From assembly GCA_050697275.1 (NCBI GenBank), contig JBOGZI010000160.1, forward strand, positions 1 through 42,845: DNA of 42,845 bases. The letters are read 5' to 3'. The notes under the pieces are model-generated. The model was not told the origin of the DNA and did no database searches. It saw only the letters and a list, made by a program, of their open reading frames with translations. Shown one piece after another: positions 28,517 through 36,851 of the stretch (positions within the stretch are counted from its first letter, which is position 1; each line of letters begins with the position of its first letter). The DNA is from Solirubrobacterales bacterium (GTDB lineage: Bacteria > Actinomycetota > Thermoleophilia > Solirubrobacterales > 70-9). Position numbers and translations under genes: made by a program.

Positions 28517-30532
28517 ATGAGCTACTTCGTCACCGGCGCCACCGGCTTCATCGGCCGCAACCTGGTCGAGCAGCTGCTCGAGCGGGAGGGGACGATCTAC
28601 GTGCTCGTGCGCGAGGGCTCCCGGGGGCGGCTGGAGGAGCTGCGCTCGCGATGGGGCGCCCCGGAGGATCGCATCGTCCCGGTGATCGGCGACCTCTCCC
28701 AGGAGAAGCTCGGCTGCACCGACCAGATCTCCGAGCTGAAGGGCGAGATCGACCACTTCTTCCACCTGGCGGCGATCTACGACATGACCGCCGACGCGGA
28801 GAGCCAGCGGGTCGCCAACGTCGAGGGCACCCGGGAGGCGGTGCGGCTCGCCGAGGCGCTCGACGCGAAGCGCTTCCACATGGTCAGTTCGATCGCCGCC
28901 GCCGGCCTCTACAAGGGGACCTTCACCGAGGACATGTTCGAGGAGGCCGAGAAGCTCGAGAACCACCCCTATTTCCAGACCAAGCACGAGTCGGAGGCGG
29001 TGGTGCGGGAGGAGTGCGAGGTCCCCTGGCGCGTCTACCGACCCGGCATCGTCGTCGGTCACTCCGAGACCGGCGAGATGGACAAGATCGACGGGCCCTA
29101 CTACTTCTTCAAGGTGCTGCAGCGAGCACGCAACCTGCTGCCGCAGTGGGTGCCGGGGATCGGGGTCGAGGGGCGCGAGATCAACATCGTCCCGGTCGAC
29201 TTCGTGGCCAAGGCGATGGACCACATCGGCCACCTCGACGGACTCGACGGGGGGGCCTTCCACCTCACCGATCCCAACCCGATGACCGCCGGTCAGATCA
29301 TCAACAGCTTCGCCAAGGCCGCCCACGCCCCGGAGGCGGCGATGAGGATCGACGCGAAGATGTTCGAGTTCATCCCCAAGCAGGTGCGGTCTGGCCTGCA
29401 GATGCTGCCACCGGTGAAGCGCTTCACCGACCAGCTGCTGGCCGACTTCGGCATCCCGCGCTCCGTGCTGGTCTACATCAACTACCCGACCTCCTTCGAC
29501 TCCAGCAAGACGCAGGAGGCACTCGAGGGGACCGGCATCTCGGTCCCGCCGCTGCCGAGCTACGCGGAGCGGCTCTGGGACTACTGGGAGCGCAACCTCG
29601 ATCCCGACCTGTTCAAGGACCGCTCGCTCTCCGGCGCGATCGGCGGCAAGGTCGTGCTGATCACCGGGGCGTCCTCGGGGATCGGCAAGGCGACCGCGAT
29701 CAGGTGCGCGGTCGCCGGCGCCGAGGTGCTGCTCGTCGCCCGCACCGCCGAGAAGCTCGAGGAGACCAAGGCGGAGATCGAGGAGGCGGGCGGCACCGCC
29801 CACATCCACCAGTGCGACCTCTCCGACCTGGACGACGTCGAGCGGATGGCGAACGAGGTGCTGGAGCGGCACGGCCGGGTCGACATCCTGGTCAACAACG
29901 CGGGCCGCTCGATCCGCCGCTCGGTGGAGCTCTCCTACGACCGCTTCCACGACTTCGAGCGCACCATGCAGCTCAACTACTTCGGCGCGCTGCGGCTGAT
30001 CCTCAGCCTGTTGCCGACGATGCGGAAGCGCACCAAGGGCCGCAAGGGAGGGCAGATCATCAACGTCAGCTCGATCGGAGTGCAGACCCACACCCCGCGC
30101 TTCTCCGCCTACGTCGCCTCCAAGGCGGCGCTGGACGCGTGGTCGCGCTGCGTCGGCTCCGAGGTGCTGGATGACGGCGTCCACATCACCACCATCTACA
30201 TGCCGCTGGTCCGCACCCCGATGATCGCCCCGACCAAGATGTACGACGCCTTCCCGACCAGCACCCCGGAGGAGGCCGCGGAGATGATCTGCGACGCGAT
30301 GATCCGCAAGCCCAAGAAGGTCGCCACCCGGCTCGGCACCTTCGGCGAACTGCTCTACAACGTCGCGCCGAAGGCCTCGGACGCGATCCTCAACACCGCC
30401 TACAAGCTGTTCCCGGACTCGAAGGCGGCCAAGGGCAAGAAGGAGAAGGAGGACGGCAAGCCCGCCAAGGACGAGGAGCTCTCAACCGAGGGCGTCGCGT
30501 TCGCCTACCTGATGCGAGGGGTGCACTGGTAG
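28517..30532 (+). CDS. Two-domain fatty acyl-CoA reductase (N-terminal thioester-reductase/NAD_binding_4 domain + C-terminal SDR domain)
   Basis: ATG 28517 follows ggaggagag; the track start 28403 is over-extended. N-domain VTGATGFIGRNLVEQLL...YFQTKHESE. C-domain VVLITGASSGIGKA...NNAG...SSIG...YVASKAAL. This is the same architecture as M. tuberculosis Acr1-type and Marinobacter alcohol-forming FARs. Confidence 0.8.
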   Translation: MSYFVTGATGFIGRNLVEQLLEREGTIYVLVREGSRGRLEELRSRWGAPEDRIVPVIGDLSQEKLGCTDQISELKGEIDHFFHLAAIYDMTADAESQRVANVEGTREAVRLAEALDAKRFHMVSSIAAAGLYKGTFTEDMFEEAEKLENHPYFQTKHESEAVVREECEVPWRVYRPGIVVGHSETGEMDKIDGPYYFFKVLQRARNLLPQWVPGIGVEGREINIVPVDFVAKAMDHIGHLDGLDGGAFHLTDPNPMTAGQIINSFAKAAHAPEAAMRIDAKMFEFIPKQVRSGLQMLPPVKRFTDQLLADFGIPRSVLVYINYPTSFDSSKTQEALEGTGISVPPLPSYAERLWDYWERNLDPDLFKDRSLSGAIGGKVVLITGASSGIGKATAIRCAVAGAEVLLVARTAEKLEETKAEIEEAGGTAHIHQCDLSDLDDVERMANEVLERHGRVDILVNNAGRSIRRSVELSYDRFHDFERTMQLNYFGALRLILSLLPTMRKRTKGRKGGQIINVSSIGVQTHTPRFSAYVASKAALDAWSRCVGSEVLDDGVHITTIYMPLVRTPMIAPTKMYDAFPTSTPEEAAEMICDAMIRKPKKVATRLGTFGELLYNVAPKASDAILNTAYKLFPDSKAAKGKKEKEDGKPAKDEELSTEGVAFAYLMRGVHW

Positions 30533-30570
30533 CGTCGCCCTGCGCCCGTGTCAGCGAGTAGCCTCGGGAC

Positions 30571-32277
30571 GTGGAGGTGGGCACGAGCGAGGGGACGCCC
30601 CAGGCTCCGGCGGCGGCGCCTGCGGGGCCCCGCGCTCCGGGGGGGCCACCGGCCGTGGCCGTGCGGGGGCTGAGCAAGACCTTCCACGTCCCGCCGCAGC
30701 GCTACACGACCCTGAAGGAGCGCCTGGTCGACCGCTTCAGGCCCGAGCCCGCCGCCAGCCTGGAGGCGCTGCGCGACGTCAGCCTCGCGATCTCCAGGGG
30801 CGAGTTCGTGGGGATCGCAGGTCGGAACGGGAGCGGCAAGAGCAGCCTCCTTCGCTGCATCGCGGGGATCTACGACTACGACGAGGGCACCGTCGAGGTG
30901 AGCGGACGGCTGGCGCCCTTCGTCGAGCTGGGAGCGGGCTTCACGCCGGACCTGAGCGCGCGCGAGAACGCGGCCCTCGGCGCCGTGATGCTGGGGCTGA
31001 GCCGCGCCGAGGCGCGCCGGCGCGCCGAGCGCATCCTCGCCTTCGCCGGGCTCTCCGACCTCGCCGAGCTGGAGCTGCGCAACTTCTCCTCCGGGATGAA
31101 CGTCCGCCTGGCCTTCTCCGTCGCGATCCAGGTCGATGCCGAGGTGCTGCTGATCGACGAGGTCCTCACGGCCGGCGACTCCTCCTTCAAGCAGCGCTGC
31201 CACGACGAGCTCGAGCGGCTGCACTCCCGGGGACGGACGATCGTCTTCGTCACCCACTCGATGGAGGACCTGCAGCGCTACTGCACCAGGGCGCTGCTGC
31301 TCGAGCGTGGCGAGCTTCTCGCCGCCGGCCCACCCGAGCGGATCGCCGAGCAGTACGAGGAGGTGAACGCGCGGGAGACCGAGCGGCAGCGCCGGGAAGC
31401 GGAGTCCCCGGCCGCGGCGCGACTGGACCGCGAACCCGCCCCGGCGATCCAGCCGGAGCCCGCGACCTACCGCCCCACCGCCCTCGGGCGAAGTCTGAGG
31501 CGGCTGACGGAGCTGACCGCCAGCATGGCGATAACCGAGTTCCGGCTCAAGTACCACCGCTCGGCCCTGGGCTACCTGTGGTCGGTGATGCGGCCCGCGA
31601 TCTACTTCCTGGTGCTCCTGGTGATCTTCACCAAGGTGGCGAGGCTGGGGGCGTCCGTCTCGCACTACCCCGCCTATCTCGCGACGGCGATCGTCCTTTG
31701 GACGTTCTTCACCGAGACCGTCGCGGGCGGCGTCACCTCGCTGTCTCGGAACGGGCCGCTGCTGCGCAAGGTGCGCTTCCCCCGGCTGGCGATACCGCTG
31801 TCCCTCACGGTCAGCTCGCTGATCAACCTGGCGGCGAACTCGATCCTGGTGGTGGTCGTGCTGGCGGTCAGCGGGGTGGAGCCGCGCCTGAGCTGGCTTC
31901 AAATGCCGGCGCTGCTGGCGCTGCTGGCGCTGCTGGCGCTCGGCACGTCGATGCTGTTCTCGGCCCTTTACGTCCGCTACCGGGACATGCAGCAGGTGTG
32001 GCAGGTACTGAACCAGCTCCTCTTCTTCGGCTCACCGATCATCTACGTGGCCAGGCAGTACCCCGACGCGCTCGAGCCGCTGCTCTCGGCCAACCCGCTG
32101 GCCGCGATCCTCGTGCAGATGCGCCATGCGCTGATCGACCCCTCCGCCCCGACCGCCGCGGAGCAGCTCGGGGGCTGGCCGCAGCTGCTGATCCCCCTGG
32201 GGACGATCACGGCCGTCCTCGGACTCGGCTTCTGGCTCTTCACCCGTGAGGCGCCACGCGTGGCGGAGCGAACGTGA
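30571..32277 (+). CDS. Fused ABC-2 polysaccharide/glycolipid exporter: Wzt/TagH-like ATPase (N) + Wzm/TagG-like ABC-2 permease (C)
   Basis: 568 aa. Walker A GRNGSGKSS, signature FSSGMNVRL, Walker B LLIDEV, H-loop VTHS. A ~45-aa linker follows, then a 6-TM ABC-2 region (EFRLKYHRSALGYLWSVMRP...). Confidence 0.85.
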   Translation: MEVGTSEGTPQAPAAAPAGPRAPGGPPAVAVRGLSKTFHVPPQRYTTLKERLVDRFRPEPAASLEALRDVSLAISRGEFVGIAGRNGSGKSSLLRCIAGIYDYDEGTVEVSGRLAPFVELGAGFTPDLSARENAALGAVMLGLSRAEARRRAERILAFAGLSDLAELELRNFSSGMNVRLAFSVAIQVDAEVLLIDEVLTAGDSSFKQRCHDELERLHSRGRTIVFVTHSMEDLQRYCTRALLLERGELLAAGPPERIAEQYEEVNARETERQRREAESPAAARLDREPAPAIQPEPATYRPTALGRSLRRLTELTASMAITEFRLKYHRSALGYLWSVMRPAIYFLVLLVIFTKVARLGASVSHYPAYLATAIVLWTFFTETVAGGVTSLSRNGPLLRKVRFPRLAIPLSLTVSSLINLAANSILVVVVLAVSGVEPRLSWLQMPALLALLALLALGTSMLFSALYVRYRDMQQVWQVLNQLLFFGSPIIYVARQYPDALEPLLSANPLAAILVQMRHALIDPSAPTAAEQLGGWPQLLIPLGTITAVLGLGFWLFTREAPRVAERT

Positions 32278-32314
32278 TCCTGAGCCGACCCGTCCTCTCG
32301 TACGAGTCGAGTCG

Positions 32315-32674
32315 ATGACCGGGGCGGAGCCGCTGATCGTGAACCTGGCGCCGACGGGCATGGTCCCATCCAAGGAGATGACTCCGCCCCGGGACCAGGC
32401 CGGCGTCCCGACTCACCGCGCCGAGTGCTTCGCGCCGCTGATCGAGGGGATTCGCATGATCGATCGGGAGCTCATCGTCTGCGCGACGTGCAGCGGCAGG
32501 CTGGTCAGCGACGTGGACAGCCGGGCCGAGGTACTCACCCTCCAAGGCGACGCCAAGCCGGACATGGCCTCGCTCACGCTCGGCTCCAACAACTTCAGGA
32601 TGCGGTATGCATTGCCGTTGATCTCGTGCCCGTCTTTGGCAGTTACGACAACAGCTGGGAGGCGTTTGGGGTAG
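32315..32674 (+). pseudogene. Decayed fragment of a BKACE/DUF849 (3-keto-5-aminohexanoate cleavage enzyme family) gene
   Basis: MTGAEPLIVNLAPTGMVPSKEMTP ... IEGIR ... LVICATCSGR ... GDAKPDMASLTLGSNNF matches N-terminal blocks of the family. The segment that should hold the HxH metal site is missing, and the ORF stops ~170 aa short. Confidence 0.55.
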
Positions 32675-32796
32675 GCGTCGGCCTGCTTCTGGTCTTCGCC
32701 CTGCTGGTCGCGAGGGGGTCAGCTCAAGTCGAGAGCGAACGGGCAACTTGGACTGAGCTTTGGGAGCGAGACCGCGGATAGGCTCGTCTCGGGATC

Positions 32797-33651
32797 GTGA
32801 GTGTCAACAGGCGCCAGGATGCCCGCACCAACCCGAGCATCAGTGTGATTGTCCCCGCCTTCAACGAGGCGCAGCACATCGCTCGGTGTCTGAGGTCGCT
32901 CGAGCAACAAACCTGTCCGCCACGAGAAGTGATCGTGGTCGATGACGGCTCAAAGGACCGGACGGGCGTAATCGCGGCCTGGCATCGTGCGCGGGTGGTG
33001 AGAACCAGGCATTGCGGGCCTGCCCAAGCGAGGAATCTAGGAAGCAGCCTCGCCACTGGCGAACTCCTTGTCTTCCTTGACGCGGACATGGCATGTGGCC
33101 CCAGGTTCCTCGAGGAACTCGTCGGGCCTATATCCGATGGCCGAGCGATCGGCAGCTTTAGCAGAGAGCTGCACATCGGAAACCCAGAGAATCGGTGGGC
33201 GCGCGCCTACGCGACGATCCGACGTCACGCGTTTCCCAGAGTCTTGCCTTCGTCTCATCCAGGTGAGTCACCGAACTACCGAGCCATCCGGCGAGACGAT
33301 TTCCTGGCCGTCAACGGCTATGACGATGTTGGCTATGGCGAGGACATGACATTGGCGCCCAAGCTCGGCCGCCTAGCAGTCTGCGCTGATGGGGCTTACT
33401 GTGTGCATTTCAATCCAAGCTCGCTCTGGGAGATCTTCGAGAACGGTCGCTGGATCGGCCGCGGCCACGACATCGGCAACGTGTTCCATCCATGGTTCGA
33501 CAACCTTCCATTGAGGGCCGGGGTCTTGGCCTTTCGAGACCTCAGAAATGGCTGTGGTCCGGCGATCCTCCCAGCGCGCTTCGCCTACCACACGGGTCTC
33601 CTGGTGGGCCTCTGCCGACGGGCAGTGTGGCCCGATCGTCATTGGAAATAG
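32797..33651 (+). CDS. Glycosyltransferase family 2 (lower-GC island gene 1)
   Basis: GTG start, 284 aa. SVIVPAFNE, VIVVDDGSKDRT, FLDADM. GC is visibly lower than the flanks. Confidence 0.85.
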   Translation: MSVNRRQDARTNPSISVIVPAFNEAQHIARCLRSLEQQTCPPREVIVVDDGSKDRTGVIAAWHRARVVRTRHCGPAQARNLGSSLATGELLVFLDADMACGPRFLEELVGPISDGRAIGSFSRELHIGNPENRWARAYATIRRHAFPRVLPSSHPGESPNYRAIRRDDFLAVNGYDDVGYGEDMTLAPKLGRLAVCADGAYCVHFNPSSLWEIFENGRWIGRGHDIGNVFHPWFDNLPLRAGVLAFRDLRNGCGPAILPARFAYHTGLLVGLCRRAVWPDRHWK

Positions 33652-33674
33652 CCCCGATCTCTGAGGCTCCCGAG

Positions 33675-34580
33675 GTGAGCGTGATCATTCCCGCCTACCG
33701 AGCGGAGCACAGGATCTGTGTTGCCCTGGAGTCCCTGAGGCAGCAGGACTTCGAGGGACCTGTCGAGGTGATCGTGGTTGCGTCGGGCGCGGATGGTTCT
33801 GGCTCACTTGTTCGGCGCCTGTATCCCGAGGTCCAGGTCGCCGAGTTCCCGACCCGTGTGTGGCCAGGTTCAGCCCGCAATGTGGGTGTTCGGATGGCCC
33901 GCGGCGACGTAATTGCCTTCATGTCGGCGGACACATGCGCGTCGCGGAGTTGGCTCGCCGATCGTGTGCAGCTACATGCCGCAGGGTTCGACCTCGTGGG
34001 CGGATCGATCCTAAACGGCACTCCTACGCATCTGGTAGGGACGGCCGGCTACCTGCTCGAGTACTCAGGGCTCCTGCCGCTGGACGACTTGCTGCGCGAT
34101 CAGGTCATTCCACACGCCCTGTCATTCCGGAGAGCTGTGTTCGAACGCCTCGGTGAGTACTCCGAAGACACAAGAACGGGAGAGGACACGCTCTTCAACA
34201 AACGATGTCTGGAGTCCGGTATGACGATCGCGTTTGCACCACAGGCCGGGCTCACACACGACAACATCACCTCGGTAAAGGGAATGATCGGTCACGCGAT
34301 CGATCACGGGCGAGGTTTGGCGCAATGTGTGGAGCGGCACGGCTTCGCCTCGAGTATCGGGACGATGGATCAAGGCTTGATTACTGCCGGGTGGCGGATG
34401 CTGGTCGGGTATCCCGTGCTAGGAATGAGCGCGAGGCTTCGACGATTTGCACGGTTCGCGCCTCGCCAGCTGCCGGCGCTGCTGACCCTCATGCCGCTTA
34501 TTTGGATTGCACTGCTCGCGACCGGAGTTGGCGCGTACATCCACTACCTCAAGGTGCGGCAGCGGCACAGCCCTGCGTAG
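33675..34580 (+). CDS. Glycosyltransferase family 2 with C-terminal TM segment (lower-GC island gene 2)
   Basis: VSVIIPAYRAE..., VEVIVVASGADGS, FMSADT, GEDTLF, C-terminal hydrophobic LLTLMPLIWIALLATGVGAYI. Start is GTG 33675 or TTG 33642; the track start 33492 overlaps gene 1 and is rejected. Confidence 0.8.
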   Translation: MSVIIPAYRAEHRICVALESLRQQDFEGPVEVIVVASGADGSGSLVRRLYPEVQVAEFPTRVWPGSARNVGVRMARGDVIAFMSADTCASRSWLADRVQLHAAGFDLVGGSILNGTPTHLVGTAGYLLEYSGLLPLDDLLRDQVIPHALSFRRAVFERLGEYSEDTRTGEDTLFNKRCLESGMTIAFAPQAGLTHDNITSVKGMIGHAIDHGRGLAQCVERHGFASSIGTMDQGLITAGWRMLVGYPVLGMSARLRRFARFAPRQLPALLTLMPLIWIALLATGVGAYIHYLKVRQRHSPA

Positions 34581-34911
34581 GGTGCACCTGCAGCAGCGCC
34601 GCGCACTCGCTCCGGGTGCGCAGGGGGGCCGGGGCTCATGATGCCGCTCACCGCCGGGGCGCCCGCTCGGTGCGCCGCCAGCCGCCCAGCCGCCCAGCCG
34701 CGCTCCGCCCGGCAGTCGGCGGCCAGGAAGGAGACGTAAGGGGCGCTGGTGGCCGCGATTCCCAGGTTCCTGACCGCCCCGGGGAGGAGCCGCGCGGGAT
34801 GGGTGATCACGGGCACGTCGATGCCGGCATCGCGTAGCAGCCGTCCGGGTCGCCGCCTCCGGAGCTGACGACGACGATCTCGAGCGGTACGGCCTGAGGG
34901 AATCCAGCTTC
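34544..34911 (-). pseudogene. Frameshifted, N- and C-terminally truncated GT2 relic, paralogous to 33675..34580
   Basis: Minus frame 3 reads FPQAVPLEIVVVSSGGGDPDG. After a frameshift near 34840-34850 a second frame reads RLLRDAGIDVPVITHPARLLPGAVRNLGIAATSAPYVSFLAADCRAERGWAAGRLAAHRAGAPAVSG. This is colinear with FEGPVEVIVVASGADGSGSLVRRLYPEVQVAEFPTRVWPGSARNVGVRMARGDVIAFMSADTCASRSWLADRVQLHAAGFDLVGG of the neighbouring gene. The SVIIP N-terminal block is absent. Confidence 0.6.
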
Positions 34912-34932
34912 ATCGGGCTAGATTTCAGGCCT

Positions 34933-35655
34933 ATGCGCGGGAACGTCCGCCTGTTCGCTCTGACCGCGGTTCGAAACGAGATGCGCTACCTGCCCGGCTT
35001 CGTGGCCAACCTCGCCGCGCAGGTGGACGGGATCATCGTGCTCGACGATGGCTCGACCGATGGGTCGGCCGAGTATCTCGCCTCCCGGCCGGAGGTGATC
35101 GAGCTGCTTCGCGTCCCCCCCGACCGACCCGAGTGGGCTGAGGTGGAGAACCATCGCGCCCTGGTCGCGGGCTCCCTGCGCCACGGTGCGGAGTGGGTGC
35201 TCTCGGTGGACGCCGACCATCGACTCGAGCGCGAGTTCCGCAAGCGCTGCGAGCGGGTGATCCGAGACGGGGAGCCTTCCGGTCACATGGCCTACTCGGT
35301 CCCGCTGCGGGAGCTCTGGGGGTCGCCGCGCACCTACCGCGTCGACGGGATCTGGGGTCGTAAGAGGAGGGCGCGACTGTTCCAGGCTCGCGCGGACCAT
35401 GAGTTCGACACCAAGCCGCTGCACTCGATCAAGGCGCCGCTGCAGGCCCGCAAGGACGGCGAGATTCCGGTCGCCGACCTCGTCGTCTATCACCTGCGGA
35501 TGATCAGGCCTGAGGACCGGCGGAAGCGCAGGGAGCGCTACCAGGCGCTCGACCCGGAGGCGCGCTACCAACCGGGCCTCGGCTACGACTACCTGACCGA
35601 CGAGCGCGGGATCCGCCTCGAGCGGATCGGGCCGGACCGGGACTACGTCGAATGA
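34933..35655 (+). CDS. Glycosyltransferase family 2-like protein
   Basis: 240 aa. IIVLDDGSTDGS, SVDADH. Its stop overlaps the next start (ATGA at 35652-35655). Confidence 0.75.
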   Translation: MRGNVRLFALTAVRNEMRYLPGFVANLAAQVDGIIVLDDGSTDGSAEYLASRPEVIELLRVPPDRPEWAEVENHRALVAGSLRHGAEWVLSVDADHRLEREFRKRCERVIRDGEPSGHMAYSVPLRELWGSPRTYRVDGIWGRKRRARLFQARADHEFDTKPLHSIKAPLQARKDGEIPVADLVVYHLRMIRPEDRRKRRERYQALDPEARYQPGLGYDYLTDERGIRLERIGPDRDYVE

Positions 35656-36851
35656 GGCCCGAGGAGCCTCGGGTCTCGGTGATAGTTCCGACCTATCAGC
35701 GCCATGAACTGGTGCGGCGCGCCATCGGCAGCGTGGTCGCCCAGACCTATCGCGACTTCGAGCTGATCGTGGTGGACGACGGCTCCACGGACGGCACCGT
35801 CGAGATGCTGAAGTCGGTCGCGGAGGCGGAGCCCAGGTTGCGCTATCGCCGCCAGCCGAACCGCGGTGTCGCCGCGGCTCGCAACGCCGGCGTGCGCATG
35901 GCGAGAGGAGAGATCGTCGCGTTCCTCGACTCGGACGACCGCTGGCTTCCCGACCACCTGGCGTTGGTGACGGACGTCCTCGAGGGCCTGCCGGATGCGG
36001 TGCTCGTCTCCACCTGCCCCAGGTTCATCCTCGCCGGCAGCCAGCGGGCCGCCGACGCCCAGCTCGTGGACCACAGGCGGGGCCTTCTGTCGGAGGCCGC
36101 CTCGGCCGGATTCATGCCCTGCCTCGCGGTCAGGCGGCAGGCCCTGCTCGAGGTGGGGAGATTCGACGAGCGGCTTGGAGCCCTGGAAGACAGCGATCTG
36201 CTGCGCCGGCTCGCCACCACCGGTCCGTTCGCCCTGGTCAGCGGGCGGACGGTGGTCGCTCAGACGACCCCGGGGTCGCTTCGCGGGAGGGCGCGACGTC
36301 CGGGTACCTATCTCACCTCCGCCGAGATCAGCGCCAGGAACCTCGTCCAGGCGGTGGACCGGCTCCCGGAAGGGGAGAGGGCGCCGCTGGCCGCTGAGGC
36401 GATGGGCGTCGTCGACCTCGCTCATGCGATGCTCGCCCTCGATCGCGGGGACGACGCCGCGCTGAGGGCGGCGCTCGATCGGGCCTGCGCGGAGTTGCCG
36501 CTCTCGAGGTCCCCGACGATGATGGTTCACCGGGTGAAGAATCACCTTCGCCGGTGCGAGCAACCGCAGGAGCGCCTGCGGGTGCTGGTGGCGCTCACCT
36601 CGTGCTGGCCGAGTCCGCACTGTCTCACGGCCAGGTACCTCCGTGCCTGGGCGATCGGCCTGGCGCTGCGGCGCCTGCAGCTGCGGCTCGCGGTCCGGCT
36701 CCTAACCGGCTGGCGCCCGCGCGGGACACTCCCCTTCGTCCGCAGGGCCATCCCCTTGCTCCGTCTGAGAGCTCGCCGTTCCCGGCAGGACCGCCGGCAC
36801 CGCGGCCGGGCGGCGAGCCCGCTCGAAGCGGTGGGAGCGCAGCGTGAGTGA
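35652..36851 (+). CDS. Glycosyltransferase family 2 with ~200-aa Arg-rich C-terminal extension
   Basis: VSVIVPTYQRHELVRRAIGSVVAQTYRDFELIVVDDGSTDGT, RNAGVRMARGEIVAFLDSDD. The N-terminal ~110 aa are paralogous to the next gene. It overlaps that gene by 8 nt. Confidence 0.85.
   Translation: MRPEEPRVSVIVPTYQRHELVRRAIGSVVAQTYRDFELIVVDDGSTDGTVEMLKSVAEAEPRLRYRRQPNRGVAAARNAGVRMARGEIVAFLDSDDRWLPDHLALVTDVLEGLPDAVLVSTCPRFILAGSQRAADAQLVDHRRGLLSEAASAGFMPCLAVRRQALLEVGRFDERLGALEDSDLLRRLATTGPFALVSGRTVVAQTTPGSLRGRARRPGTYLTSAEISARNLVQAVDRLPEGERAPLAAEAMGVVDLAHAMLALDRGDDAALRAALDRACAELPLSRSPTMMVHRVKNHLRRCEQPQERLRVLVALTSCWPSPHCLTARYLRAWAIGLALRRLQLRLAVRLLTGWRPRGTLPFVRRAIPLLRLRARRSRQDRRHRGRAASPLEAVGAQRE

Noticed and set aside
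32626-32781. 51-codon ORF with one hydrophobic segment (VPVFGSYDNSWEAFGVGVGLLLVFALLVARGS...) just upstream of the first island GT2.
   Set aside because: It lies within or just after the decayed BKACE fragment. It has a GTG start without a convincing RBS and could be a remnant frame.
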